Origin: Longimicrobiales bacterium | GTDB taxonomy: Bacteria; Gemmatimonadota; Gemmatimonadetes; Longimicrobiales; Gaopeijiaceae | Direction of reading: 5' to 3' | Assembly (NCBI GenBank): GCA_965226375.1 | Contig: CBDDCX010000008.1 | Location: forward strand, 1,728,001-1,792,000 | Length of the DNA stretch: 64,000 nucleotides | In this document: positions 20,356 through 30,326 of the stretch, piece by piece | Numbering within the stretch: the stretch's first letter is position 1 | How the letters are laid out: each line of letters opens with the position of its first letter | The notes under the pieces: model-generated | Told to the model about the DNA's origin: nothing | The model's database searches: none | Seen by the model: the letters and a program-made list of their open reading frames with translations, nothing else | Position numbers and translations under genes: made by a program

Positions 20356-20945
20356 GCCTGCCCTTTCACCATAACGTTCCAGAAGCCCATCGTTTCAGGT
20401 CGAACCGGTCGTTCTCTGTCCAGAAGGTGCCGAATCCGGAGCCAGAGGATTTCTCGAACCACGACCTCGAGGTCCTCGGGCATACGCTTGCGCATCTCTT
20501 GACGCCACTTCGGGCGGAATCTCCTGCCTGGCTCGATGAAGTCGGCAACGTAGAGCGCCCTGCCCAAGTCATCGAAGTCCGGACTGCCCAGGGTATGGAA
20601 GGCCACAGCCGTCAGGATGGGCTCGTCCGTCACTCCTTCTTCGCGAAGCCGGACCGCCGCAGCGGGTCCATGGAGCACCGCGTTGGGCACGTCCGCCGGG
20701 GACCCCGACACCACCCGGCGCAGCACCTTGGGCTTCGCGTCTCGCATCATGTCATGAAGATAACCCACAGCCGCCCAGCGCTGGATATCACTCTTCGATT
20801 CTCCGCGCGCCTTGCTCCACTTCTTCAGGAGCTTGGCCACGCGGGCCATGTGCTCTCGTCGCTTGGTTCCGGCGACCGCCCACTCCGGCAGCTCACCTTC
20901 GGCCGCCGCCGATACCAGGGGGTGGAGCTCGGAGCCTCCGCTCAT
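20331..20945 (-). CDS. yqeK: YqeK-like HD hydrolase (putative Ap4A hydrolase)
   Basis: RREH, LHDMMR, LHGPAAA, AVAFHTLG and YVADFIEPGR motifs. Confidence 0.8.
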   Translation of the reverse strand: MSGGSELHPLVSAAAEGELPEWAVAGTKRREHMARVAKLLKKWSKARGESKSDIQRWAAVGYLHDMMRDAKPKVLRRVVSGSPADVPNAVLHGPAAAVRLREEGVTDEPILTAVAFHTLGSPDFDDLGRALYVADFIEPGRRFRPKWRQEMRKRMPEDLEVVVREILWLRIRHLLDRERPVRPETMGFWNVMVKGQAWASASEV

Positions 20946-21098
20946 ACCGTCGCGGGGGCCGGATTCGGCACGATTTCGTGAGACACGAAAAGGATACGCT
21001 CATCCTGGATGAGGAGGCTCGTTCGAGGGCTGTCGGCGGCAACCTAGTGACACGTCGGGGAATCGGCCAGGGGAGTGTAACGGCCGACGTCCCATACC

Positions 21099-21113
21099 TG
21101 CTATCTTCACGCC
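21099..21113 (+). promoter_or_regulatory. Extended -10 (TG-C-TATCTT) 6 nt before the NFACT ATG; leaderless promoter candidate
   Basis: TGCTATCTT-CACGCC-ATG with no SD sequence. Confidence 0.5.
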
Positions 21114-22808
21114 ATGACCATGCGATGGGACCCCGTTCTTACCGCCGCGGTGGCTCGCGAACTGAGTGAGGCTCTCTCCGGCGAACGGCTCAAGGCAATC
21201 TTCGTCGACCGCGGTGCCGGCACCCTCCACGCGTATTTCGGCCGGGCCACGCTTCTGGCAGATCTCGATCCCTCAAGAGTCGGCCTCGATATTCGGGAAG
21301 CGGCCGACCCCCCGGAGGGAGCCAGGACGTTTCCGTGTCGTCTCTCCACCGTGGAGGCCCTGCCCGACGAACGTATCCTCGTACTCGTGCTTCCAAGGGT
21401 ACGTGGCCGCGGTGGGGTTGTCCGGATCGTCCTCGAGATGGTTCCTAACCGCGGGAATGCCACGGTGGTCGAGGGTGATGATTGGACCGTCAGGCACGTT
21501 CTGACCGACCGGGGCGGAGCCCGGACACCACGGGTCGGCCGACCCTATCCCCTGCCCGACTCGACCCGCCGCGGACTCGAGTCACCTCTGAGCCTCGAGG
21601 AGTGGCGCGACCTGCTGGGGCTCGTTGAGCCGAGAGCACGGAAGGGGGCCCTGCTCCGCCATGTCGCGCTCGCCTCTCCCGTCAACGCTGCCGTCCTGCT
21701 CGGCGACGCCGTGGACGGGGGCGGTGACACAGACACGGGCACGGACTCCGGCCAGGCCACCGACGGCGACGAGCTCGCACTCGCGGCAGGTCACGGATTC
21801 TGGATGCATCTCCTGGAGATTGGGCTCGGTTCGGCCTCTGCCGAGGCCTATGTGGTCCAATGCCCCTGGGGCCCCCAACCATACCCCGTCTGCCTTCCGG
21901 GATACGAATGTGAGCCGTCACAGTCTCTGTTGGATGCGATCCGAGAGGTCAGGGCCACGCTAGGCACCGCTACCGGGCTAATCCCGTCCGGGCTGACGGG
22001 GGCCCTGGAAGACGCCCTCTCCCTCTCGAGCAAGCGTACGGCCAAGCTCCGAGCAGAACTCGAGCGAGCGCCCGATTCTCAGCTGCTCAGGGGGACGGGA
22101 GACCTGATCCTGGCCCACCTTCAGCAGGTGCCGAAAGGTGCGTCCGAGGTGGCGCTCCCCGGATTCGACGGCGAGAAAGCGACCATAATCCTGGATCCGG
22201 CGCTGGCCCCCCAGCAGAACGCGGCCCGTTACTACGACAGGGCCGGCCGCGCCGAACGGGCGAGAAAACGGCTTCCCGACCTGATCCGCCAGAGCCTGGA
22301 CAAGGAGGTGGCGCTGGCAGAACTCTCGGCACGGGTCGGAGCCGGAACGGCCACGGAAGAAGAGATCCGCCGGGCTCTCCCGGAAAGAGAGCTACGAGCT
22401 CGGACACCACAGGGAGAGACCGTCCCCGGTCTGCCTTACCGCGTCTACCGGACATCGGGTGGGTTGGAGGTTCGCGTGGGACGCGGATCGGGGTTCAACG
22501 ACGACCTGACCTTCCGACACTCCAGGCCCGACGACATTTGGCTGCACGCCCGGGACTCCGCGGGAGCTCACGTCATCCTGAGGTGGAACGGGCAAGGCGC
22601 ACCTCCGGCTCGCGATCTTCACGAAGCCGCGGTGTTGGCAGCGCTGAACTCCAAGTCAAGAACGTCGGGAAGTGTACCGGTGGATTGGACGCACCGGAAG
22701 TACGTCCGAAAGCCCAGAAAGTCCCTTCCGGGGAGCGTCGTCCCCGATCGGGTAAAGACCCTCTTCGTCGCACCCGATGCGACCCTCTCGGACCGCCTCA
22801 GAGAGTAG
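21114..22808 (+). CDS. NFACT/RqcH (Rqc2) family ribosome quality-control protein
   Basis: NFACT-N start, coiled coil with LDPALAPQQNAARYY, NFACT-R domain VGRGSGFNDDLT...DIWLHARDSAGAHVIL...KYVRKP. Confidence 0.88.
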   Translation: MTMRWDPVLTAAVARELSEALSGERLKAIFVDRGAGTLHAYFGRATLLADLDPSRVGLDIREAADPPEGARTFPCRLSTVEALPDERILVLVLPRVRGRGGVVRIVLEMVPNRGNATVVEGDDWTVRHVLTDRGGARTPRVGRPYPLPDSTRRGLESPLSLEEWRDLLGLVEPRARKGALLRHVALASPVNAAVLLGDAVDGGGDTDTGTDSGQATDGDELALAAGHGFWMHLLEIGLGSASAEAYVVQCPWGPQPYPVCLPGYECEPSQSLLDAIREVRATLGTATGLIPSGLTGALEDALSLSSKRTAKLRAELERAPDSQLLRGTGDLILAHLQQVPKGASEVALPGFDGEKATIILDPALAPQQNAARYYDRAGRAERARKRLPDLIRQSLDKEVALAELSARVGAGTATEEEIRRALPERELRARTPQGETVPGLPYRVYRTSGGLEVRVGRGSGFNDDLTFRHSRPDDIWLHARDSAGAHVILRWNGQGAPPARDLHEAAVLAALNSKSRTSGSVPVDWTHRKYVRKPRKSLPGSVVPDRVKTLFVAPDATLSDRLRE

Positions 22809-22844
22809 AATCGGCACCGGATCGTGGGGCCGGCGCCGAGGTCT

Positions 22845-23654
22845 TCACGTAGTGCCGCGACCCTCGTCCATAGCCGCACGTAGCGACGCGACGAACGCAC
22901 TCCCCTCGGCGGCACCGCCACTGTCCAATGCCTTGATCAGGGCACTCCCCACGACGACACCGTCGGCGACCCCTGCCACCATCGCTGCCTGTTCCGGCGT
23001 CGAGATCCCGAAACCAACGGCGACCGGTAGGTCCACCCGATTCACGAGGCTCTCCACCTCGGCGGCGAGGCTCTCACTCAGGCTCTCTCGAGCGCCCGTA
23101 ACGCCGGTGCGGGAGATGTAGTAGAGGAAGCCCTGGCCGGCCTCGGCCACCACGGCGACCCGGTCGGGCTCGGTGGTGGGAGCGATGAGCCGGATCAGGT
23201 CCAAAGGCGAATCGAGAATGGCGTCTTCCACCGCAGGATCGGCTCCGGTGGGTACGTCGGTAAGGAGAAGCCCCTGGGCCCCAGCCGCCGATGCGTCCCG
23301 GAGAAAGGACTCCAAGCCGTACCGGAGCAACGGGTTCACATAACTGAAGAGCACGACGGGCGTATCGGACACGGCACGAAAGGCGGACAGGACCTCGAGG
23401 GTACCGACCACGGTCATGCCCCCCTCGAGGGCCCTGTGCGTGGACTCCTGAATGGTGGGCCCGTCCGCTAGCGGGTCACTGAAGGGGATGCCCAACTCGA
23501 GAATATCCCCACCCGCTTCGGCGATGGCCAGGAGCACGTCCACGCTCGCTTCGGATGATGGAAAGCCGCACGTGACGTAGGGCACCAGGGTGCTCCGCCC
23601 CTCGGCCCGGCGCTCCGCGAACCGCTCTGAGATCCCCACCCCCCCGGAGCTCAA
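22845..23654 (-). CDS. trpA: Tryptophan synthase alpha chain
   Basis: ELGIPFSDPLADGPTIQ, ISRTGVTG, GFGIS, GVVVGSA motifs. Confidence 0.97.
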   Translation of the reverse strand: MSSGGVGISERFAERRAEGRSTLVPYVTCGFPSSEASVDVLLAIAEAGGDILELGIPFSDPLADGPTIQESTHRALEGGMTVVGTLEVLSAFRAVSDTPVVLFSYVNPLLRYGLESFLRDASAAGAQGLLLTDVPTGADPAVEDAILDSPLDLIRLIAPTTEPDRVAVVAEAGQGFLYYISRTGVTGARESLSESLAAEVESLVNRVDLPVAVGFGISTPEQAAMVAGVADGVVVGSALIKALDSGGAAEGSAFVASLRAAMDEGRGTT

Positions 23655-23678
23655 TGCCGCGGCCCGGGAGTCAGACGA

Positions 23679-25085
23679 TCACATGAGATAATCGCTGACA
23701 CGGATTCCGTACTTCTGAGGGTTGGTGGTCTTGATGATAGCACGGCCACCGAGCGCGAGATCTACCTGCAGCGGCGTCGCTAACGGCACCGCCATTTCGT
23801 CGGATATGATCTTCACGAGCGGCTGATGAAGGTGGGCAACATCGGGGTTCACCTTGGCGACGACGGCCAGCTCCAGCGTGTCGAGCACGACCAGAGTGCC
23901 CACCGGATACACCCCCGTGGCGTTGATGAAGGTTTTCACGATCAGCTGGTCGAAGCCCCGGCGCGGGTTGTCCCTCATTTCCTTCAGAACCTCGTCGGGC
24001 GGCCAAGGTTCATACTGGTAGCTCCGCACGGAGGTGCCTGCGTCGAACCCGTCGGCGACCGCCACGATCCGCGAGAACAGGCCCGGCTTCCGTGCGCGCG
24101 TGTTCTCGGGATAACCGGTCAGATCGATCTTCATGTGATGCTCGTACGCCATCAGCATCTGACGGTACGGGACGTCCGAGAAGCCGTGCATGTCGAAGAG
24201 GAGAATGAGCCCCTCTGTGGGATGCTGCTTCATGGCGTCCCACTCTTGGTCTGTAAGCCCGCCGGCTTTGTTGATGACGTCGGGGTCGACACTCATCTTG
24301 CCGATGTCGTGAAAGAGTGCGCCGATGCCGAGCTCGTAGAGTTGCATCTTGGTCAGACCCAACCGCTGGCCGATGACGACGCTGAAGATGCAGACGTTCA
24401 CCGAATGAGTGAACGTGTATTCGTCGAACCCGCGTAGCGTGGTCATGGTCACCATGGACGACTCGTTGTCCAGCACCTGATCCACGATCCCCTGCACCGC
24501 CCGCTTCACCTTCCGGACGTTGACGGCCTTTCCGAGACGCATGTCCGTAAGCACATCCTTGGCAACCTTCACGGACTGCGCGTAGGTGCCTTTGGCGGCC
24601 ACCATGGCATCACGCTCGATCAGTTCCGGCTCCTGCGCCTCAACCTCGGGTCGGACCCCGATGTGCTCGACCGGCGTCTTCGAGAGCCGCTCGACAAGGG
24701 CTTCAAACGGATCCGTCTCACTGGGATCCCGTAGGATGACCGAAATGAACGGTGCCCACTCGCTCCGTTCCACGTCGGCGTCCACCGCCAACTCACCGAC
24801 CCCGTGCCTGCTGAGCGCGGAGGAAAAGCTCCCGAAGGTGGAGAAGTTCGACAGATCCAGGCGGAGCCTGGTCTCGTTGACAAAGAAGAAATCCCCGACC
24901 AACTGAAGCTCGAACCCGCCCTCGTGCTTGAAGAATTCGGTCATCTGGGCGTGGAGGTCATCGATGGCCTGCTGGACCCGCTGGTTCTGCACCGGATAGA
25001 GCTTCAGGGAGCGGAGGGCCACATAAAACGCCGTCAGGAGCCGGCCTCCGAGTTCCTGGATGATGCCGGTATCGGTCTGGCTCAT
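23679..25085 (-). CDS. HD-GYP domain phosphodiesterase with an uncharacterised N-terminal domain
   Basis: DEYTFTHSVNV, HDIGK, HPTEG, EHHMKIDLTGYP, RIVAVADGFDAGTSVRSYQ, GVYPVGT motifs. Confidence 0.92.
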   Translation of the reverse strand: MSQTDTGIIQELGGRLLTAFYVALRSLKLYPVQNQRVQQAIDDLHAQMTEFFKHEGGFELQLVGDFFFVNETRLRLDLSNFSTFGSFSSALSRHGVGELAVDADVERSEWAPFISVILRDPSETDPFEALVERLSKTPVEHIGVRPEVEAQEPELIERDAMVAAKGTYAQSVKVAKDVLTDMRLGKAVNVRKVKRAVQGIVDQVLDNESSMVTMTTLRGFDEYTFTHSVNVCIFSVVIGQRLGLTKMQLYELGIGALFHDIGKMSVDPDVINKAGGLTDQEWDAMKQHPTEGLILLFDMHGFSDVPYRQMLMAYEHHMKIDLTGYPENTRARKPGLFSRIVAVADGFDAGTSVRSYQYEPWPPDEVLKEMRDNPRRGFDQLIVKTFINATGVYPVGTLVVLDTLELAVVAKVNPDVAHLHQPLVKIISDEMAVPLATPLQVDLALGGRAIIKTTNPQKYGIRVSDYLM

Positions 25086-26845
25086 TCGGTGCCCTCCCCA
25101 CCCTGAATCGCCTTCCGTACAGCTGTGCGAACAACCGCCTCTCCGTCGTCCTTTGCGGTTGCCAGTGCCTTCTGGGCCTTGGGCATGCGAATCTTGCCCA
25201 ACGCTCGGGCGGCCGACGCCCGGATCTCGGCAGGCTCCTTGCGCCTGAGGAGACCCTTCTTGTTCAGCAGATTGTCGAGAACGTCGACGGCTTCTCCCCC
25301 ACCGAGTATCCCGTAGCTCTCAAATATGGCGATCTTCTCGGTGAGATCCGCCTGCCGAATTTCTTTCCCGGTGACAACCGCTTTGAACGCCGCGGCGGCG
25401 TTCGTGTACTGCATTCCCGCAAGCGCGCGGGCTGCCCCGATCCGGACATCCGACTCCGAGTCCGTGAGCGCATTGATCAGTCCCGGAGCCGCCCCACTGT
25501 CGCGAAGGGTACGGGCCGCTTCCACCCCGGCGAGCCGCACCGCGGGATACGGATGACCCATGAGCCGGACCAACCTGGGAGCCGCATCGGAGAGACCCAT
25601 CTCGCCAACGAGGCGGGCGGCCCCCGATACGATCAACGCATTCTCTTCATCCAGGAGACCGATCAAGGCCTCTCGATTCTCGTCGGCAATACCACGCACG
25701 GCTCGGCGAAGCGTCTCTTGCAGCCCAGGCTCCTCCGCTTCCTCAGAAGCCAAGAGAAGGGCCGGCAGGGCCCCGGCTCGCAGATACTTGAAGAGGCGCT
25801 CCAAAACGTCCACCGGTACGTCGATGGTGCCATCTTGAAGTGCACGAACGAGTTCTTCCATGGTCTCGGGCGAGGAAAGGTCGTCCATGAGGGCGTCACA
25901 TTCCTGCTGTTGAACCGGGTCGAGCGCCCCGGGTTTGGCCCGGATCGCCGCCAACTGCTCCAGGACCTCAGCGGCAGAGACCACCGCCCCGCGGCTCAGG
26001 AAGTTCGGTAGGAGGTCCCGCAGGATTCCGAGGATCGCCGACTGGCGTTGCGCCTGCTCGGGCTCCTCCAACCGGTCGAACAGGGCTGCGAGCACGTCGC
26101 CCCGAAGGTCCCTCGTCATCTCGGCCTCGAGCTCCTGCTTCAGCTCGTCCTTCTCCCTCGGATCCAGAGCGTAGAGAGCGGGCTGGAAGTCGTCCCGCCC
26201 GAGCTTCGGAGGCGGCGTCTCTTCCTTGGCAGCCTCGGCAGTCTCAGCCGCAGCACTCTCCTCCTGTCCTTCGGTCGCCTCCTGGAGCACTCCATCCAGC
26301 GCCGGGCGATCCTCTTCGGGACGCGCCTCTGGAGTCTCGACCCCGTCCGCCAGTTGGTCTATGTAGTAGTACTTGAAGAACTCCAGGTCTTCTTCCCAGA
26401 GAATAGTGAGAAGGTCGTCTCCCTGTGTGGCTTTCAGGGCCTTGGCCCTTTGGAGAAGGCTCAGCAGACGCTCGAGCTCCTCCCCCTCGATTCCAGGGAG
26501 CAGCGTCACATCGCGGACGCCGTCCTTGTAGAAGAGGAAGGCGAGCGAATCTGCTCGTGGATCACTGCGGTAAACCTCTTGGGCAGCCAGCGTGAACCGG
26601 TCTTCCTCAACCGAGACGTTGAGGCCCTCGATCTCCTGCCAGAGATCCACAAACGCCTCCCGCAGGCCTGTTACGAAGCGCTTGTAGACCGGGTTGTTCT
26701 CGTCGTAGAGCTGATAGGCACGTAGCGCCTTGCCGAGGATGACGAACAGCTCCCGGACTTGGGCGAACGGAAGATCCTCGGCCTCGGACCACTCGGCCGA
26801 GCCGTCCGCATCCTGGTCGGAGATATCGACGGGAGAGTCGGTCAC
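25082..26845 (-). CDS. HEAT-repeat protein with an uncharacterised N-terminal domain
   Basis: C-terminal HEAT/PBS-like repeats (LTDSESDVRIGAARALA, EIRASAARALGKI, DGEAVVRTAVRKA); stop overlaps the HD-GYP start. Confidence 0.88.
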   Translation of the reverse strand: MTDSPVDISDQDADGSAEWSEAEDLPFAQVRELFVILGKALRAYQLYDENNPVYKRFVTGLREAFVDLWQEIEGLNVSVEEDRFTLAAQEVYRSDPRADSLAFLFYKDGVRDVTLLPGIEGEELERLLSLLQRAKALKATQGDDLLTILWEEDLEFFKYYYIDQLADGVETPEARPEEDRPALDGVLQEATEGQEESAAAETAEAAKEETPPPKLGRDDFQPALYALDPREKDELKQELEAEMTRDLRGDVLAALFDRLEEPEQAQRQSAILGILRDLLPNFLSRGAVVSAAEVLEQLAAIRAKPGALDPVQQQECDALMDDLSSPETMEELVRALQDGTIDVPVDVLERLFKYLRAGALPALLLASEEAEEPGLQETLRRAVRGIADENREALIGLLDEENALIVSGAARLVGEMGLSDAAPRLVRLMGHPYPAVRLAGVEAARTLRDSGAAPGLINALTDSESDVRIGAARALAGMQYTNAAAAFKAVVTGKEIRQADLTEKIAIFESYGILGGGEAVDVLDNLLNKKGLLRRKEPAEIRASAARALGKIRMPKAQKALATAKDDGEAVVRTAVRKAIQGGEGTE

Positions 26846-26882
26846 CGGTCGCTCTCCCTACTGATCCGTCTGCGGTGTCAGT

Positions 26883-28076
26883 CTACGCAATGCTCCCTCG
26901 CCCCTCGGTTCGAGCCACGTGGGTAACGTCTTTGTCTCCTCGGCCACTCAAGCATACAAGAAGTGAGCCGCGCTCCTCGTACGCCGGCGCCATCTCCAAC
27001 ACATGAGCCACAGCATGTGCGCTCTCCAGGGCCGGAATGATGCCCTCGAGTTCAGACAACCGATGAAACGCCTCGAGAGCCTCCGCATCCGTCATGGACA
27101 CGTATCGAGCCCGACCAGATTCCTTGAGGGACGAATGCTCCGGACCTACGCCCGGATAATCCAGACCCGCCGAAATCGAGTGTGCCGGTGCCACCTGGCC
27201 GTCGCTGTTCTGAAGAACATAACTCATGGCCCCGTGGAGGACACCAGGTTTTCCGGCTGCCAGCGTGGCGGAGTGTCGACCCGAGTCCAGGCCCTCCCCG
27301 GCTGCCTCGACCCCGATCAGCTCGACGTCATCATCTCGAAAGGCATGGAAGATCCCCATGGCGTTGGATCCCCCCCCAACACACGCCACTATGGCCGCCG
27401 GCAGGGCGTCTGTCCGATCGAGCATCTGTTCACGGGCCTCGACGCCGATGATCGCCTGGAGGTCCCTCACGATGCGGGGAAATGGCGCGGGCCCCACCAC
27501 CGAACCGATGATGTAGTGGGTGGTCTCGACGTGAGTCACCCAGTCCCGGATCGCTTCGTTCGTCGCGTCCTTGAGGGTTCGCGTGCCTGAAGCCACGGGA
27601 CGCACCTCTGCGCCCAGTAGCTCCATCCTGTAGACGTTCAGCGCCTGCCGCGCGATGTCTACCTCTCCCATGTAGACCACACACTCGAGATCGAAGAGCG
27701 CACAGGCGGTCGCGGTCGCGACTCCGTGTTGGCCCGCCCCCGTCTCGGCAATGATGCGGCGCTTACCCATACGGCGAGCCAGGAGGGCCTGACCCAAGGT
27801 GTTGTTGATCTTGTGGGCACCTGTGTGGTTGAGGTCTTCCCTCTTGAGGTAGATAGGCCCCGCCCCCGCGTACTCCTCGAGCCGCCGCGCCCGGTACAGG
27901 GGCGAGGGGCGACCCACATAGTCACGAAACAGGGCTGCGAGTTCACTGTGGAACGCACTGTCCGCCGCGGCCGCCTCGTACGCCGCCTCCAGTTCGTCCA
28001 GAGCCGATATGAGCGTTTCAGGGACGTATCGGCCACCGAAGGACCCGAAGCGACCCGCTTCAGCCTGAATGCTCAT
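26883..28076 (-). CDS. trpB: Tryptophan synthase beta chain
   Basis: [49 protein letters not shown] motifs. Confidence 0.98.
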   Translation of the reverse strand: MSIQAEAGRFGSFGGRYVPETLISALDELEAAYEAAAADSAFHSELAALFRDYVGRPSPLYRARRLEEYAGAGPIYLKREDLNHTGAHKINNTLGQALLARRMGKRRIIAETGAGQHGVATATACALFDLECVVYMGEVDIARQALNVYRMELLGAEVRPVASGTRTLKDATNEAIRDWVTHVETTHYIIGSVVGPAPFPRIVRDLQAIIGVEAREQMLDRTDALPAAIVACVGGGSNAMGIFHAFRDDDVELIGVEAAGEGLDSGRHSATLAAGKPGVLHGAMSYVLQNSDGQVAPAHSISAGLDYPGVGPEHSSLKESGRARYVSMTDAEALEAFHRLSELEGIIPALESAHAVAHVLEMAPAYEERGSLLVCLSGRGDKDVTHVARTEGRGSIA

Positions 28077-28747
28077 CGTTTCTCCGCATCCGGGATGGGA
28101 GCGTCGTGCGTCCCAGCGTTACGCACGAACGCTCGAATCAGATCGTGATCCTTGAGCCCGGGCGAAAGCTCCACGCCCGAGCTGACGTCGACCACATCCG
28201 GTGAGAGCACCCGCACCGCGCGTCCAACATTGTCTGGAGTGAGGCCTCCGGCGGCGATCAGCTCGACCGTCGACGGAAAGGCGTCTACGAGGGAAGCGAC
28301 GTCCTCCCATTCGAACGAGACGCCCCCGCCTCCCGGGCGGTCAGGGCGCCAGGCGTCCAGAAGTAAACCGTCCACCGAAGCCCCGTATTCGCTCACAGCC
28401 CGCCTCACGTCCTCTGGTTCTCTCACCCTCACGGCCTTCCAGATGGCCCAATCGCCCCGCATGCGCAACTCCTGCACAAACCCCGGGCTCTCTTCCCCAT
28501 GAAGCTGAATCACCTCAGCGCCCACCAGCGCAGCGATACGGTGGGCCTCATCCACAGATTCGTTCACCAAGACCGCGACCACAGGTGTATCCACCGCGAG
28601 CGCGATATCCACCGCCTGATCGGGCAGAAGGCTTCTGCCGAATCCCTGTGAGAGGATCATACCGAGATAACTCGCCCCGAGCTCCTCCGCCGCTCGCGCG
28701 TCCACCGCGGAACAGATTCCGCAGATCTTGACCCGCACGTCAGCCAT
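28073..28747 (-). CDS. trpF: Phosphoribosylanthranilate isomerase
   Basis: [29 protein letters not shown]; likely ATG at 28747. Confidence 0.94.
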   Translation of the reverse strand: MADVRVKICGICSAVDARAAEELGASYLGMILSQGFGRSLLPDQAVDIALAVDTPVVAVLVNESVDEAHRIAALVGAEVIQLHGEESPGFVQELRMRGDWAIWKAVRVREPEDVRRAVSEYGASVDGLLLDAWRPDRPGGGGVSFEWEDVASLVDAFPSTVELIAAGGLTPDNVGRAVRVLSPDVVDVSSGVELSPGLKDHDLIRAFVRNAGTHDAPIPDAEKR

Positions 28748-29564
28748 GATCCCGAGCCCTCCTCGTCGCTCCCGCGAGGGCGGCCACCCCCTCGCCGGGA
28801 TCGTCCTGGCGGAGCAGCGACTCTCCGACCAATACGGCGTCCACTCCCTTGTCACCGAGCATGCGCACGTCGTCCCGAGTCCGGACACCGCTTTCGGAGA
28901 CCAGGACCACCTCCGGAGGAATCCGGTCCAGAAGGCCGAGCGTCACCTCCAGCCGGGTCTCGAACGTCTGCAGATTCCGATTGTTCACGCCGAGTAGTGT
29001 GGCGCCAGACGCCACACCGCGATCGACCTCCTCTCCGTCGTGGGCCTCGACCAGAGCCGTCATGCCCAACTCCTCGGCCAAGACGCGTAGGGAGCGCAGG
29101 AGCGTGTCGTCGAGAATCCGAGCGATGAGCAGGATGGCGTCCGCCCCGGCGGCCCTCGCCTCGTAGATCTGAGACTCGTGGATCATAAAGTCCTTCCGGA
29201 GGACAGGTAGGCCTACCAGAGCTCGGGCCCCGGTCAAATCTTCGAGTGAACCTCCAAAGTAGTCGCGGTCCGTCAGTACACTCAGGGCCGCCGCGCCTCC
29301 GGCCTGATAGATCGGCGCGAGTTGCAAGGGATCCAGATCGGGACGAATAAGCCCGGCGCCCGGCGATCGCCTCTTGATCTCCGCGATCACCGCAACGGAC
29401 TCGCGACCGCGGAGGGCTCCGAAGAAGTCCCGAGGAGGGCCTGCGCTCTCAGCCGCAGCCCGCAGCTCCGTAACCCGATCTGCGAGCCCCGCCACCTCCT
29501 GCCGTTTGGTTTCCACGATCCGCTCGAGTATACCCACCGGGGCACCACCCACCGGAGCACTCAT
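28740..29564 (-). CDS. trpC: Indole-3-glycerol phosphate synthase
   Basis: IAEIKRRSP, SVLTD, LRKDF, GVNNRNL, VSESG; likely ATG at 29564. Confidence 0.95.
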   Translation of the reverse strand: MSAPVGGAPVGILERIVETKRQEVAGLADRVTELRAAAESAGPPRDFFGALRGRESVAVIAEIKRRSPGAGLIRPDLDPLQLAPIYQAGGAAALSVLTDRDYFGGSLEDLTGARALVGLPVLRKDFMIHESQIYEARAAGADAILLIARILDDTLLRSLRVLAEELGMTALVEAHDGEEVDRGVASGATLLGVNNRNLQTFETRLEVTLGLLDRIPPEVVLVSESGVRTRDDVRMLGDKGVDAVLVGESLLRQDDPGEGVAALAGATRRARDHG

Positions 29565-29614
29565 TCTCGCCCCCGATGACCGGCTAAACACCATGATCCC
29601 CACACGTCCTTGCG

Positions 29615-29658
29615 CTTCGGGCAACGTTCGGGTATCGTTTGTTCGGGTCCTATTCGGG
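29615..29658 (+). promoter_or_regulatory. Candidate LexA operator: two NTTC-N7-NTTC direct-repeat boxes
   Basis: TTCGGG at 29616, 29627, 29642 and 29653 (two pairs, each with 11-bp spacing), immediately upstream of the lexA RBS. Confidence 0.6.
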
Positions 29659-29683
29659 TGCCATCGATACGGAGGCGAACACA

Positions 29684-30292
29684 ATGCCCCTGACGAAGCG
29701 ACAAAAAGAGATCCTCGATCATATTGAGAGTTTCATCGACGAGCACGGGTACGCGCCGAGCTTCGAAGAGATCGCTGAGGCGTTCGGATACTCATCCCTC
29801 GCCACAGTGCACGAGCATCTGAGCAATCTGGAGCGCAAGGGCTACATCCGGAAGGCCTACAACGAGAGCCGGTCCATCGAGTTGGTCGGGCACCCGTCCT
29901 CGCCCGGAGGGCTCGAGTTGCCGCTCCTGGGGGCTGTGGCCGCCGGGCTTCCGATCGAGGCCATCGAGCAGCAGGAGACCCTCGCCGTGCCGCCGGACAT
30001 GGTGCGGGCCGGGAGCGACAACTTCGTGCTTCGTGTGCAGGGTGAGTCCATGATCGACGAGCAGATCCGCGACGGAGACTACATCGTCGTGACGGCGCAG
30101 GAGACAGCCACCGACGGCCAGATGGTCGTTGCTCTGATCGGGGGTGATTCTGCGACCGTCAAGAAGCTGTATCGCGAGAGCGACGGTCGTATTCGGCTGC
30201 AGCCGGCCAACCCGGCCATGCAACCGATTCTCGAGGATCCGGACAACGTCCAGATTCAAGGCGTCGTCGTGGGGGTGATCCGAAAGTACTAG
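29684..30292 (+). CDS. lexA: SOS repressor LexA
   Basis: MPLTKRQKEIL, PSFEEIA, VAAG cleavage site, GESM, TVKK; GGAGG RBS. Confidence 0.96.
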   Translation: MPLTKRQKEILDHIESFIDEHGYAPSFEEIAEAFGYSSLATVHEHLSNLERKGYIRKAYNESRSIELVGHPSSPGGLELPLLGAVAAGLPIEAIEQQETLAVPPDMVRAGSDNFVLRVQGESMIDEQIRDGDYIVVTAQETATDGQMVVALIGGDSATVKKLYRESDGRIRLQPANPAMQPILEDPDNVQIQGVVVGVIRKY

Positions 30293-30320
30293 TGTGGTGT
30301 AGCGGAAGTCACCACACTAG
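30289..30320. repeat. 32-bp inverted repeat at the lexA stop (possible terminator or collapsed MITE)
   Basis: CTAGTGTGGTG-TAGCGGAAGT-CACCACACTAG between convergent lexA and trpD. Confidence 0.75.
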
Positions 30321-30326
30321 ATACGC

